Part shown: piece by piece, positions 31,857 to 42,476 of the stretch
How the letters are laid out: each line of letters opens with the position of its first letter
Numbering within the stretch: the first letter of the stretch is position 1
NCBI GenBank assembly: GCA_000091205.1
Contig: AP006491.2
Source of the DNA: Cyanidioschyzon merolae
Lineage: Eukaryota
Length of the DNA: 64,000 bases
Strand: one strand, 5' to 3'
Notes under the pieces: model-generated
Seen by the model: only the letters and a program-made list of their open reading frames with translations
The model's database searches: none
What the model was told of the DNA's origin: nothing
Made by a program: the position numbers and the translations under genes

Positions 31857-34800
31857 TTAGGGTGCCTGTTCGCCAGGGGGCATATCCTGCTGGGGCTCTA
31901 TAGCCATATCGGTATCTGCAGCGGTATCACCGGGATCAACATCAGCAGCGGCTGTATCAGGAGCAGCATCAGCGGTATCACCGGTTTCAGTAGCAGGTGT
32001 ATCAGGAGCAGCATCAGCCGTCTCAACATCAGCAGCAGTGGTATCAGTAGCAGCTGTATCAGGAGCAGCATCAGTATCGGCGGTATCAGGAGCAGTATCG
32101 GGAGACGTTTCCTCTGGACCTGAACCGCTCGCTGACACTTCCAGTGGATCCGGAGCAGATTCCATGGCTGGTGCTTCCGCGTCCACACCAGCAGCATTTG
32201 AATCACCAGCAGGCTCTGGGGCAGCTTCTGAAACATCTTGTGGTGCACTGGCCTCCGTCCGAGCATCTGCTGCGGGCGTTCCTGGTGCTGATGCCTCACT
32301 AGTCTCCGGCTCGAGCGCAGGAGGCGCGTCCGTAGGCGTCTGCTCCGGTGCCTGCGCTGACTCCTGCGTGCGCTCATTCTCCACTGATCCAAAAGAGGCA
32401 CAGTGCTGAACCATTAGGACAGCCGAATACGGTTCCATGTGGAAAGGCATCGATACGCAGGTCATCGAGGTTTCGACGTCCTCGGGGAAACCGCTCGCTC
32501 CAGCCAGCGCGAAACAGTCCATCGGTGCAGGTGCCGCTGTATTGAAGAGCACCGCCCAGCCTGACTTGCCGTCGGCAAAACGGGGGGCAGTGATATCGCA
32601 CGCTTCGTGTGAGGCGTTAAAAGCGATGTAAAGGTGGCGACCTTGCAGTGCTGGTGCCCGTGCACCACGTATTACAAACGCCAAAAAGTTGTTCGGATTT
32701 TCCCAGTTCAGGGGACAAGCGGAGGTGTCCGCCAATGGCTCCTCTGAGCTCGTGTCATCATCACGCTCGCCTACGGAGCCAAGGGCATTGCAGAGTACCG
32801 CTGCCGAGGCGTCCGTGCCACACCAAACAAAGTCGCCGCGAGACTCGGAGAGAAAGCGGCGCCAAATGGGGGCAGTCAGCTTGCGAAAGTGCACCAGCGT
32901 ACTCACAAAGCGGAAAAGGGAACGAGCTTCACCGGACTCGGATGCCAACGCATTCCAGTGGAGATAATTGAGCTCATTATCCTGACACCACACGTTGGAG
33001 TTGCCACGCTGGGTGTGGCCGATTTCATCCCCGCTGCGGATCATAGGGACTCGGGCACTGCACAGCAGTATGAGGAAAAAGTTGCGCTCCTGACGACGTC
33101 GCAGACGCAGCACGTTCTCATCGTCGGTCTCGCCCTCGACACCACAGTTCCAGCTGAGATTGTGTTTCTCGCCGTCGCGGTTGTCTTCGCCGTTTGCCCA
33201 GTTTTGGGCATCGTTATAGGACACAAGATCGCGGAGGCTCATCCCGTCATGGCAGGTGATAAAGTTGATCCCGTACGCGTGGCCGTTCTCCTGGAGACCC
33301 CGCCGAATCTCCGCCGGAACATTCCCTCCGTAGATGTCCTCGGAGCCGCAAATCCGGGTGGCCATCTCTTGGATCATGCCGGTGTCGCCCTTGATGAACT
33401 TTCGTACGCAATCGCGGTACTTGCCATTCCAGTCGGACCAGCTGGGTCCAAATTGTGCGAAATGCCCCACGACGTAAGCGCTGAGGTCCCATGGTTCTGC
33501 AATGAAGAGCACGTCTGAGAGGGCGCTATCGTTCTTCAACGCTTGAATGACTGCTGGGAATTCCATGAGATCGAAAGGAGGCACCGTGGAGCGGAGAAGG
33601 CATGCTGCCAAGTCAAAGCGAAACCCATCGACTTGCATATCGTTTGCCCAGAAACGCACGCAATCATGAATGACCTCAATGCCTGCCAAAGAGTTGCAAG
33701 CGAACGTGTGGCCGCACCCAGAAAAGTTCACATCGTTACCATGATCGTGCAGATAGTACTCTCGATTCGCGAGTGCCCTAAAGTGGTAGGTCTTCCACGT
33801 CTCGGCGGTGTGATTGAAAACAATGTCGAGAATGACGGCGATGCCAGCACGGTGCAGTTCGCGTACCATGGTGCGAAACTCATCCAGAACATGGCGGTAG
33901 CGGTACGCTCTTGCCCACTTTCGGCGCGCAGCTTCCGAGGTGGCCGCCCCAATCACCGAGAAACGGTTCATAGGTGCGAAGAATGCAACCGTCGAGTAGC
34001 CCCAGTACTGGCAGAGATCTTCCCCAGTGGAAGGGTTCTTCTTCTGCCACTCCAGCTCATTGAACTCGAAGATAGGCAAAAACTCGACGCAGTTGATGCC
34101 AAGCGCTTTCAAGTACGGAATTTTTTCGATCACCGCGGTAAAGGTTCCTCGGGGGCTGCGGATATCCTTCGCCATTGCCGTAAACGAGCGCACATGGACC
34201 TCGTAGATAACCATGTCGCTGGCTGGTATGTTGGGCTTTCGCACGCCTTGCCAATCGAATCCGCTCAGGTAGTCGAGTGGAGGTATCACCGCAAAAGGAG
34301 TGTACTTATTTTTGCGCTTCTCTCTGGCATGAAAATCATAATACAGCGGTGAGTCAATGATGCGTGCGAAAGGATCGAGCACTATCTGCGCACCCTTGCC
34401 GCGACCTACGCGCCATGCGTACCGGTACCCAGCCAGAAGCGGTTGCACCGCCACGTGCCAGACTTTACCCATTCGGTTTTTCCGAGGATCAAGGCGCAGC
34501 TCGACGCAAGAGTCCAGTGCAAGCACTGCAAACCCACTGCTGTCGTCGTTAGGCGGCTCGAGGTTCTTGTCGTCGCCGGCTTCAGCGTCTTCGGGAATAG
34601 CTTCGAGCGCACCGCTGCCTGCAGCGAGCGCACTTCCCTCGGGATGATATATGATCAGAGACATGTGCCGCTGCTCAGTGCTGTAGATCGCAAAGTTGAC
34701 AGTGTTTGCATCGAGCGGGTGACACCCGTACGGACTCGGTTTGCCTCGGAGGACGCGGCTAAGCCAGGGCGCTCCAGTGAGCGACTTGCGCGACTCAAGA

Positions 34801-34892
34801 AGAATCGACGCTGACGACGTCACCCGGCGAATGCGTCGCCCAGTTGATTGATCCAGCACTTCATATCCAACCTGTGAAGTCTGGTTCCCCAT
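31857..34892 (-). CDS. Isoamylase-type starch/glycogen debranching enzyme (GH13, GlgX/ISA family) with a C-terminal acidic D/T/A/P-rich repetitive tail.
   Basis: 'YEVHVRSFT...GTFTAVIEKIPYLKALGINCVEFLPIFEF', 'WGYSTVAFFAPMNRFS', 'HRAGIAVILDIVFNHTAE', 'DGFRFDLAACLLR', 'IAEPWD'. The C-terminal 170 aa are (DTAAP/DTAD)n-like repeats encoded by imperfect tandem DNA repeats at 31860-32200. Confidence 0.9.
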   Translation of the reverse strand: MGNQTSQVGYEVLDQSTGRRIRRVTSSASILLESRKSLTGAPWLSRVLRGKPSPYGCHPLDANTVNFAIYSTEQRHMSLIIYHPEGSALAAGSGALEAIPEDAEAGDDKNLEPPNDDSSGFAVLALDSCVELRLDPRKNRMGKVWHVAVQPLLAGYRYAWRVGRGKGAQIVLDPFARIIDSPLYYDFHAREKRKNKYTPFAVIPPLDYLSGFDWQGVRKPNIPASDMVIYEVHVRSFTAMAKDIRSPRGTFTAVIEKIPYLKALGINCVEFLPIFEFNELEWQKKNPSTGEDLCQYWGYSTVAFFAPMNRFSVIGAATSEAARRKWARAYRYRHVLDEFRTMVRELHRAGIAVILDIVFNHTAETWKTYHFRALANREYYLHDHGNDVNFSGCGHTFACNSLAGIEVIHDCVRFWANDMQVDGFRFDLAACLLRSTVPPFDLMEFPAVIQALKNDSALSDVLFIAEPWDLSAYVVGHFAQFGPSWSDWNGKYRDCVRKFIKGDTGMIQEMATRICGSEDIYGGNVPAEIRRGLQENGHAYGINFITCHDGMSLRDLVSYNDAQNWANGEDNRDGEKHNLSWNCGVEGETDDENVLRLRRRQERNFFLILLCSARVPMIRSGDEIGHTQRGNSNVWCQDNELNYLHWNALASESGEARSLFRFVSTLVHFRKLTAPIWRRFLSESRGDFVWCGTDASAAVLCNALGSVGERDDDTSSEEPLADTSACPLNWENPNNFLAFVIRGARAPALQGRHLYIAFNASHEACDITAPRFADGKSGWAVLFNTAAPAPMDCFALAGASGFPEDVETSMTCVSMPFHMEPYSAVLMVQHCASFGSVENERTQESAQAPEQTPTDAPPALEPETSEASAPGTPAADARTEASAPQDVSEAAPEPAGDSNAAGVDAEAPAMESAPDPLEVSASGSGPEETSPDTAPDTADTDAAPDTAATDTTAADVETADAAPDTPATETGDTADAAPDTAAADVDPGDTAADTDMAIEPQQDMPPGEQAP

Positions 34893-35139
34893 GAATCTAC
34901 CACGTGGTCCAAAAGTGTTCCGAAGAGCGTTTGTAGCGACACCCGCTGTGCTACGGGAACGGTTAGCTAATGCCCCCCAACCGATAGGCTACGGCAGTGA
35001 GGATCGCGGCACCACCAGCAGCAGCAGCCGTTACGCCAAAAAACGCTTAGCAGATGCTTTACTCGGCGGTCGGCTGTGCGTACGGCGCAGCGCACGTGCA
35101 CGTGCGGTGCCCGTGAGGCCGTCGAATGCGTCGATTGCG

Positions 35140-35468
35140 CTGATGCTGCTGCTGCTGCTGCTGCTGATGCTGCTGCTGATGCTGATGATGCTTTCGGAGG
35201 TGGCGCTCATTGCCGCCTCCGCTTTGCGATTTAGCCGATCTCCCGTGCAAGGTGGCGCTGCTGCTGCTGATGATGCTGCTGCTGCTGATGATGATGCTGA
35301 AGATGCTTTCGGAGGTGGCGCTCATTGCAGCCTCCGCTTTGCGATTTAGCCGATCTCCCGTGCAAGGTGGCGCTGCTGCAGCAGCTGCTGCTGATGATGA
35401 TGCTTTCGGAGGTGGCGCTCATTGCCGCCTCCGCTTTGCGATTTAGCCGATCTCCCGTGCAAGGTGGC

Positions 35469-35499
<31 letters not shown>

Positions 35500-35568
35500 A
35501 TGCTTTCGGAGGTGGCGCTCATTGCCGCCTCCGCTTTGCGATTTAGCCGATCTCCCGTGCAAGGTGGC

Positions 35569-35599
<31 letters not shown>

Positions 35600-35610
35600 A
35601 TGCTACGTTC
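35140..35610. repeat. Tandem array (4 units of ~96-116 bp) containing (GCT)n/(GAT)n tracts and a conserved 9-bp-stem hairpin; ~250 bp upstream of the isoamylase start.
   Basis: Unit 'GATGCTTTCGGAGGTGGCGCTCATTGCCGCCTCCGCTTTGCGATTTAGCCGATCTCCCGTGCAAGGTGGCGCTGCTGCTG...' starts at ~35187, 35303, 35399 and 35499. Confidence 0.75.
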
Positions 35611-36825
35611 GATGTTCGTTCTAATTCTAATATGTCGCTGCAGGGTAGGCGTACGTTCATGGAGCGAAGCGATGCAGGCTAGTAATAAGGATCGTGTACT
35701 GGATATCTTGGAGTTTGTACGCTGGTGTTGAAACTTGTACGTGACTTTCATTGTTGTTCTCTATGAGAGTAACTGCGAGGCGATCTGATGGCATTCGATA
35801 CGGCAATGCAGCTGTTCCTGGATGAAAAGCAGTTCCGCTGGTATCTCGCTCGATAGCACTGGCGGATCAGATGCGTCCTCGTAAGCGCGTCACGGGATAC
35901 GTCCACGCGCTGCTTCTTTCATTGGTACGGGGAAACGCCTGGGTTCTCTCACGCCTTGGTTTCTTCTATGATAAAACGAGCGCTTTCGTTTCTACGACGC
36001 TTTGCACGCACTTATCACTGGACTGCACGGCCCGTACCCTCTGCGCGTCCAAGCTCGACACTGTAACGTATCCAAGACGCAGTACGGATGGTGCACACTG
36101 CCCGTGCTAGTGCGTCCCTATTGCAAAGCGTCGGGGCAGATGGCTGCCCAGCGGCCTGGCAGCGGGCCGCAAGCGTACGCTTTCCTCCTGGAAGACTCGG
36201 GGATGTTGTATCACGAACGAGCGCCCCAGAGCTGCCTCCATTCCCAGACACCGACTAGTGTGGTATCGAAAACGTTCTCTTCCAGTGGTTTTCTTCGCCG
36301 CTGTCGTGCGGATTGCCAACACAGTGGTTCACGAGAAGGAGCACGCCTTCTGCCGGGTGCCGAACCCCGAGCACGCTGCCGTGCGCAGCATCGTTCCGTG
36401 TGGATGCAACCATACCGGAGACTGCTAGCACGCATCGACTACTGTTCATGAGGCGCTGTCTAGGAAGATGCCATTGATAAGGCGCACAAAACAGGAATTC
36501 GCATGGCGCTCGCGACACTCTCCTGTGTTCTGCAGACTTGAGCCCAGCGCATGTCCAGTACGTTTCCGCTGCATATGGAGCGCACTGCAGCCATCAGGCG
36601 TCAGTTGCGATGCCGTGCAGGACGCTTGTACAGGATAAATGCAATTGAGGCTCAACCATGGCGTGTATTTGAAAACATAATCAGGAGGCAACGACGTTGA
36701 CATCTGTGTGCAAGAGCCCCCAGGGTAAGGCTCAGTTCCGGCATTGGCGGCCCCGGGGCACGGCGGACAATGGCCGTACGCATTCGGTTTGGAGTGTTTT
36801 ACTGGTAAAGGTGCTGGGGTGACTG

Positions 36826-37027
36826 CTTTAGACTTGCTGGACACCCGGTACAGAGCCTATTGGAAAAGCCGTGCTTTCTAACGTTTGTCAGCTTGATCAA
36901 TCGTTGGGAAGCGCTGCTTCACCTGCCTTAGACTTGCTGGACATCCGGTACGGAGTCCTTTGGGAAGCCGTGCTTTCTACCGTTTGTCAGCTTGATCACT
37001 TGTCGGCAAGCGCTGGTTCAACTCCCT
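36826..37027. repeat. Two tandem ~101-bp direct repeats ~100 bp upstream of the PheRS-alpha start.
   Basis: 'CTTAGACTTGCTGGACACCCGGTACAGAGCC...GCCGTGCTTTCTAACGTTTGTCAGCTTGATCAATCGTTGGGAAGCGCTG' is repeated with ~88% identity. Confidence 0.55.
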
Positions 37028-37124
37028 GAGACTCACTCCGCAACGGAACAGGCCTTTGTGCACAACCCAGACTTCCAGGATTCCGCAGTGTGAACAAGCA
37101 ACGTCGGGTTCAGCAGCGCTCAAA

Positions 37125-38747
37125 ATGGAGCAGGTCGAGCTTGAGCACGCCATTGTCGAGGAGATCAGATCAGCTGGGAAGGTTGCAAACTCGAGAGCGT
37201 TCGCCGAAAGACTCAAGGTGAACCATGAGGAGCTGGTCGCCGCGCTAAACTCCATGTATCGTCGCGATCTGGTTACACTGACGCAGCTGGAGCCTGAGGT
37301 AGTGCTCAGACTCACTGCGGAAGGTGCGCTCTACGCCCAGCACGGCACACCAGAGTGGTGTCTTCGCGAAGCGCTCGAGCGCCGAGGTCCAACGCCAGTG
37401 TCCGAACTCGACACCTTGCTGGAAGAGTTCTGGAGACAAACTAGTCCGAATAATGCCTTGGATAGCTCCAAGCTGGCCAAGATCGGAATGCAACAGGGTC
37501 TCAAGCTGGGTCTCTTTGAGCTTGACAAGCGCGTCCGACCTCCGTGCGTGGCCTGTGTGGGCTCCTCCGATTCCGAGGCTGTACACAAGCTGCAAATGCT
37601 CCAGAAAAGCCTACGGGCGCTCCATAGCGGCGCACTGACCGCGCTTTCCGGGGATCATGCGCTGGATGCTGCTCTGGTGGATGAGATCTTGCGAAGGAAC
37701 CTGGCGACCCGAAACAAGCTGAAGGTGTTCGCGGCATCCGCGGGACCCCGCTTCGAACATGCCCTTGTAGAGCAGTTGGCGGATCTGACTCGCGAGATGC
37801 TCCTATCAGAGTCGTGGAGAAATGCGACGTTCAAGGAGTTCAACTTCGAGGCGGCGGGCGTGGCGCCCGTGGACGGCGGCCGACTTCACCCTCTGCTCAA
37901 AGTGCGCGAGGAGTTCCGCCTTATCTTCTTGGAAATGGGCTTTACGGAAATGCCGAGCAATCAGTATGTGGAATCTTCGTTCTGGAATTTTGATGCCTTG
38001 TTTCAGCCGCAACAGCATCCCGCACGCGACGCCCACGACACGTTCTTCCTGAATGAGCCGGCGCTCTGCAAGCGCATCGGCGATGCGTCCCCTGCGACAG
38101 AAGCCTACGTGGAACGCGTTCGAGGCGTGCACGACCAGGGTGGCTACGGGTCCCGCGGCTACGGCTATGCCTGGGATCATACCGAAGCGATGCGTAATGT
38201 TCTGCGGACGCACACGACTGCAATATCAGCCCGGATGCTGTACCGAATGGCCCGGGAGTTGCAGGATGGGAGGACAGATGCGTCGAACTTTGCACGGCGA
38301 ATGTTCTCCATCGATCGGGTTTTCAGAAATGAAACCCTGGATGCCACCCACCTGTGTGAGTTCCATCAGGTCGAGGGTTGGGTCGCGGGGCCAGACCTCT
38401 CTCTTGCGGATTTGAAAGGAATAATCTCTCAATTTTTCCGACGAATCGGCATGCACCGACTGCGCTTCAAGCCGACGTACAATCCCTACACCGAGCCTTC
38501 TATGGAGATCTACGCGTATCATGAAGCTCTGGGACGTTGGGTTGAGATCGGAAACAGCGGAATTTTCCGACCGGAGATGCTTCAGCCGATGGGATTACCC
38601 CCGAATATTCAGGTCATTGCCTGGGGCCTGTCGCTCGAACGTCCAACCATGATCCTCTATGGACTCAGCAACATTCGCGACCTATTTGGTCACCGTGTAT
38701 CCCTGCAGACCATTCGCGACAACCCCATCTGTCGCCTCGGGTGGTGA
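37125..38747 (+). CDS. FARSA: Phenylalanine-tRNA ligase alpha subunit, cytoplasmic type (start at 'MEQVELEHA'; ORF opens at 37056).
   Basis: Collinear with human FARSA: 'HPLLKVREEFRLIFLEMGFTEMP', 'SSFWNFDALFQPQQHPARDAHDTFFL', 'SQGGYGSRGYGY', 'FSIDRVFRNETLDATHLCEFHQVEG', 'FKPTYNPYTEPSMEIYAYH', 'IAWGLSLERPTMILYG'. Confidence 0.9.
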   Translation: MEQVELEHAIVEEIRSAGKVANSRAFAERLKVNHEELVAALNSMYRRDLVTLTQLEPEVVLRLTAEGALYAQHGTPEWCLREALERRGPTPVSELDTLLEEFWRQTSPNNALDSSKLAKIGMQQGLKLGLFELDKRVRPPCVACVGSSDSEAVHKLQMLQKSLRALHSGALTALSGDHALDAALVDEILRRNLATRNKLKVFAASAGPRFEHALVEQLADLTREMLLSESWRNATFKEFNFEAAGVAPVDGGRLHPLLKVREEFRLIFLEMGFTEMPSNQYVESSFWNFDALFQPQQHPARDAHDTFFLNEPALCKRIGDASPATEAYVERVRGVHDQGGYGSRGYGYAWDHTEAMRNVLRTHTTAISARMLYRMARELQDGRTDASNFARRMFSIDRVFRNETLDATHLCEFHQVEGWVAGPDLSLADLKGIISQFFRRIGMHRLRFKPTYNPYTEPSMEIYAYHEALGRWVEIGNSGIFRPEMLQPMGLPPNIQVIAWGLSLERPTMILYGLSNIRDLFGHRVSLQTIRDNPICRLGW

Positions 38748-39519
38748 CGCACTAGTGCACGCCCGAAAATCGTCTTTGCCGATCCTCTGTCTCGGCTGGC
38801 AGCGCAAGTGCTCGCTCTGAAGCTGTAGAGACAGCGCGGTGCGAACACTTGATATGGGAGCTCCAGATCGACTTCGCTTTTACCAGACGCATATGAAAAT
38901 GGAAACGATGTACGAGTGCTTCACTGCGTCAGACGATGATCTCCGGCATGCATGCTTCCTGATCCCATGCGCCCTGTCGAGAAGCTATCCAATGCTTCGA
39001 TCATCCAGCGATGCATCCGCCTGGGCTGCATAACGCGATATCCCAGACGATGTGGAGGCCGCGCGCGGGCGCTCGGCCAGCGTCAACACCGCACCTGTCG
39101 CGCAGCCCAGGATCGCCTGCGCGGGGCACCAGCAGCGCTGGTTACAAGTCTTGCGCACGGAAACCATGCGGTGCGCACTGGAACGTCCACGCACGCGTGA
39201 CGTTCGCTGGGTGCTCGCATCACACGCCCAGCGTATTCGGAAACCCTGCAGCGCTCTGCTCACGCGTCATGAAAATACCTCCCGTCGTTCCTGTATTTCA
39301 GACCCGAGAACCTTCTCGCGGAGCTGTTCCTGCGCTTGAACCTGCAGCAGCAATCGCCTCTTCGCCAGAGGCGCACGGTTCGTACTTCAACGACGCCAAC
39401 AAAAAACCAGTCGCTTGCTCCAACTCACGCCCGCCTAGCGTCCACGAAAAGTAACGCGCAAACGCTCCTGTACTTGCGTTCAGCGCCTCATAGAAAGCTG
39501 CATGCGTCGGCGCTGTCCG

Positions 39520-39900
39520 TTCGCGCACGCGTGATCGATTTTTTTTCATGGACAAAACGTTAACTTAGGGCAGCGTACTCCGATTATGCGCATTTTTCTT
39601 TTGTTACTTTTTTTTTTTGTGTTTTTTCAGTGCGAGGTGAGGTATTCATCAACCGCCTACCTTCATGTTACATTACCTATACTTCGTCTCGGATATTCTG
39701 GTCGTTTCATACGTCCTATCGTGTGCCTAGTGCCTGGCGAAAGCGACAGCAATAGCGCCTATAGCGCCGGTGCGGTCGCTGCACGGAGACAGAACGGCGT
39801 TGCCGTACCACAAAGGGCGTCGGCTCGAGGCGTGGTTCACTCGACGTAGAATCGGGTCTCGTCGTCAGTTTGTGCTCGGAGAGTCTGCGGATGCAGGCTT
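39520..39900 (-). repeat. Interspersed repeat family R1, copy D (inverted orientation).
   Basis: The reverse complement of 39560-39720 reads 'AGGACGTATGAAACGACCAGAATATCCGAGACGAAGTATAGGTAATGTAACATGAAGGTAGGCGGTTGATGAATACCTCACCTCGCACTGAAAAAA...', matching copies B and E. Confidence 0.55.
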
Positions 39901-41405
39901 GTCTTCGTTGCACGACACGCTGGAGAAACTTGGCTGTTAGGATGAATCCTGGGAGCCGCCTCTCTCCTTCGTGATCATGCATGGAATGCGTTGTTGTCGG
40001 TTGGCAAGGCGGATTTGTGCTTGACACCCACCAGTGGGTAGGCGCAGAAAGCAGTGGGCCCGTGTGCGCACCCGATTCGCTGGACCTTCCGCCTAGAAGG
40101 TAGCGTGTGAGTTTGTTCGCCACTAATGAGCGCTGAGGCTCGGTTAGCGGACCATCAGTTACCAGTGCTACACTCAGAGTGAGTGTCCGGCCTTCGGCTA
40201 CCACGCTGATGCCCAGCTGCTGCTGTCCTTCAAGGAGCTCGCTGCGCTCCTGCTTCCAGCGCGGGCACTGTAAGCCAAAAATATGTCAGCGTCTCGGGGA
40301 TCTCATCCCCACTCGCGTGATCGATGCAGGCGCACACCTTGCACGCATGCGCTGGAGACACGTGTACGCACGGAGGCGCTGTGCGGGGCGCTGCACGCCC
40401 AACGCCATCTGCGTGCGGGCGAGATCGCAGCTGCCACGTGGCATTTGCGCATCAGTGCTGCTGATGCCGATACCTGCTTCCGTGCGCCACCGGGGAACCT
40501 CGCCGAGCAGCGTGATCGGCCACACTGCCGCCGTGTGCGTATGAATGCGTGTGCGTGTGTGTGTGTGTTCATTTCGCAACCCGTTTGTTGCGTGTGCATT
40601 GTTGACGAACTGCGCATTTGCCTATCGCCTAGTGAAAGGGGCGTTTACGAGAGCACTGCAGGGTTTCGCGGGTGACACTCTTGTTGTTTTACGTAAAAGG
40701 CGTTATTTTCCAATGCTGTCGTTCGTTTCTGCGTTGTGGTGGCATGCGCGACACGGTGTGGATATGCCGGGGTTCTTGCCCGGAGTGCGCTGCGGCCTCT
40801 CGTCTGGGCTTGTTCGGAACCGAATGATATGGTCGGCTGCCACAGCGGCCAAGGGTGGGAAACCCAAAGAGGCTAGTCGCGAGCAGGCGAAGCGCCCCGA
40901 ACGCAAGGACGACGACAGGGGCTTTCAAAAGGGTGGCGGCGGTGGTGGCGGTGGTGGTAACGGCAGCGGCAAACCTACCAAGCGCGACAAGTAATGTGGA
41001 AATAGCGGCGTTTAGCGGTGGCAAGACGGCGTGCAAGCGTTCGGAGGAGCGTCATGGAAGCCTGTATGCGGGTGGCGTGCAGCTAGGTTTCCGGTCAGAG
41101 AGCGTTACGTAAACGAGAACTGGTCTTCGTGACATCGTTTGCTGCATCATTCGCCATTTGGACGTCCAGAACAGCGCTTTCGAGCTCGCATATGCCGTGT
41201 TTTTTCTCTCTCTCAGTCGCGTTGGTATGTCAGCAATGCGAAACGATTGCGAGAGCGGAACCGGAAAACGCGTATCCTCGCATACACGGCTGGACGTTGT
41301 GCAGCCACGAGGCGGCAAGTCGCCAGGCACCTCAGTTCCCTGCATCGCTGGCGCGATACTCCTTACCTAAAGGTAGCCGCGCTCGGGTTGTCCGCCGCAT
41401 TTTCC

Positions 41406-42476
41406 TCATACAGATTCGGTCTGGCATTGTCGGCTTTCTGGGATCCGCTCTAGCGCCAGAACCTCCTCTTCGTGCTCTTGGAGCCAATGCTCTGCATCCA
41501 TTGCAGCCATACAACCGCTACCCGCTGCAGTAACCGCTTGGCGGTACCGTTTGTCCTGCACATCGCCCGCTGCAAAAACGCCGTCCACGCTCGTTTGTGT
41601 CGTTCCTGGTTTCGTAATGATGTAGCCTTGATCGTCAAGAAGCAACTGCCCTTTCAGGAATGCAGTCGCCGGCACATGGCCAATGGCAAAAAATAGACCA
41701 CCAACCTCGAGTTCGTGCTTTTGATCATCCTTCGTGGACTGAAGCGTTATTCGACGCAACAGGGTGTCTCCATGCGCAGCCACAACGATCGAATTCCACA
41801 GGAACTCAATTTTCTGGTTCTCAAATGCTCGCTTCTGCATGATCTTCGACGCACGGAGCGTATCGCGGCGATGGATAACGTACACTCGACTCGCATAGCG
41901 CGTGAGAAAGAGCGCCTCTTCCAATGCAGTATCACCACCACCGACTACAGCGATCGGCTTACCTCGAAAGATAGGTGCGGCGCCGTCACAAACCGCACAA
42001 GCAGAGATACCGCGCTGCCAGAAGCCACCCTCACCACTGCCAGCACCAGGAAAGTCCATGCGTTTCGCCACCGCACCAGTGGCGATGATCACGCTTGCAG
42101 CTAGGACCACGTGCTGACTGCTGTATATTCGGAAGGGGCGGCTCTGGAGATCCACGCTTTCAACAGTTTCCGTCAGGATCTTCGTCCCATGCACCTGAGA
42201 CTGTTTTCGAAACCGATCCATCAGCTCGAAGCCGCTGATTCCCTCTGGGAAGCCCGGATAGTTTTCGACGTCAGTCGTTGTCGTAAGTTGCCCTCCGGCT
42301 GCGATCCCGTTTGCAAGCATGCCTTCGAACATGATTGGTCTCAGTTGCGCGCGAGCTGCATAAATTGCAGCAGTGTGCCCCGCGGGACCCGAACCGATGA
42401 CGCACAACGGCGTTACCAGCGGTACTGCGGAGCCGTTTGCAAGAGACCCGTTCCGCGCGCCTTGCTCGTCGCTCAT
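41406..42476 (-). CDS. NADPH-dependent thioredoxin reductase (low-Mr, CAVC type). ORF opens at 42815; the likely start is Met114 'MSDEQG'.
   Basis: FAD/NADPH motifs '[17 protein letters not shown]', redox centre 'ACAVCDG', '[16 protein letters not shown]', 'FAIGHVP', '[10 protein letters not shown]...[13 protein letters not shown]'. Confidence 0.85.
   Translation of the reverse strand: MSDEQGARNGSLANGSAVPLVTPLCVIGSGPAGHTAAIYAARAQLRPIMFEGMLANGIAAGGQLTTTTDVENYPGFPEGISGFELMDRFRKQSQVHGTKILTETVESVDLQSRPFRIYSSQHVVLAASVIIATGAVAKRMDFPGAGSGEGGFWQRGISACAVCDGAAPIFRGKPIAVVGGGDTALEEALFLTRYASRVYVIHRRDTLRASKIMQKRAFENQKIEFLWNSIVVAAHGDTLLRRITLQSTKDDQKHELEVGGLFFAIGHVPATAFLKGQLLLDDQGYIITKPGTTQTSVDGVFAAGDVQDKRYRQAVTAAGSGCMAAMDAEHWLQEHEEEVLALERIPESRQCQTESV

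Noticed and set aside
33543-34352. 269-aa + strand ORF and 32889-33518(+) ORF
   Set aside because: They are antisense to the isoamylase catalytic domain, which has unambiguous GH13 motifs.
35140-35610. Tandem repeat array as a possible CRISPR locus
   Set aside because: The units are contiguous with no unique spacers. The context is eukaryotic nuclear DNA, so this is a minisatellite.
34891-35751. ORFs encoding poly-Leu/Met or poly-Ser/Gln peptides (34891-35349+, 35346-35751-)
   Set aside because: They are translations of the (GCT)n/(GAT)n-containing tandem array, not genes. They show periodicity and there are equivalent ORFs in every frame.
40545-40994. 149-aa ORF ending in a Gly9 run and a Lys-rich tail
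   Set aside because: It could be a small basic protein but has no recognisable domain. The first half is low complexity over a (GT)n tract, and support is insufficient to call a gene.
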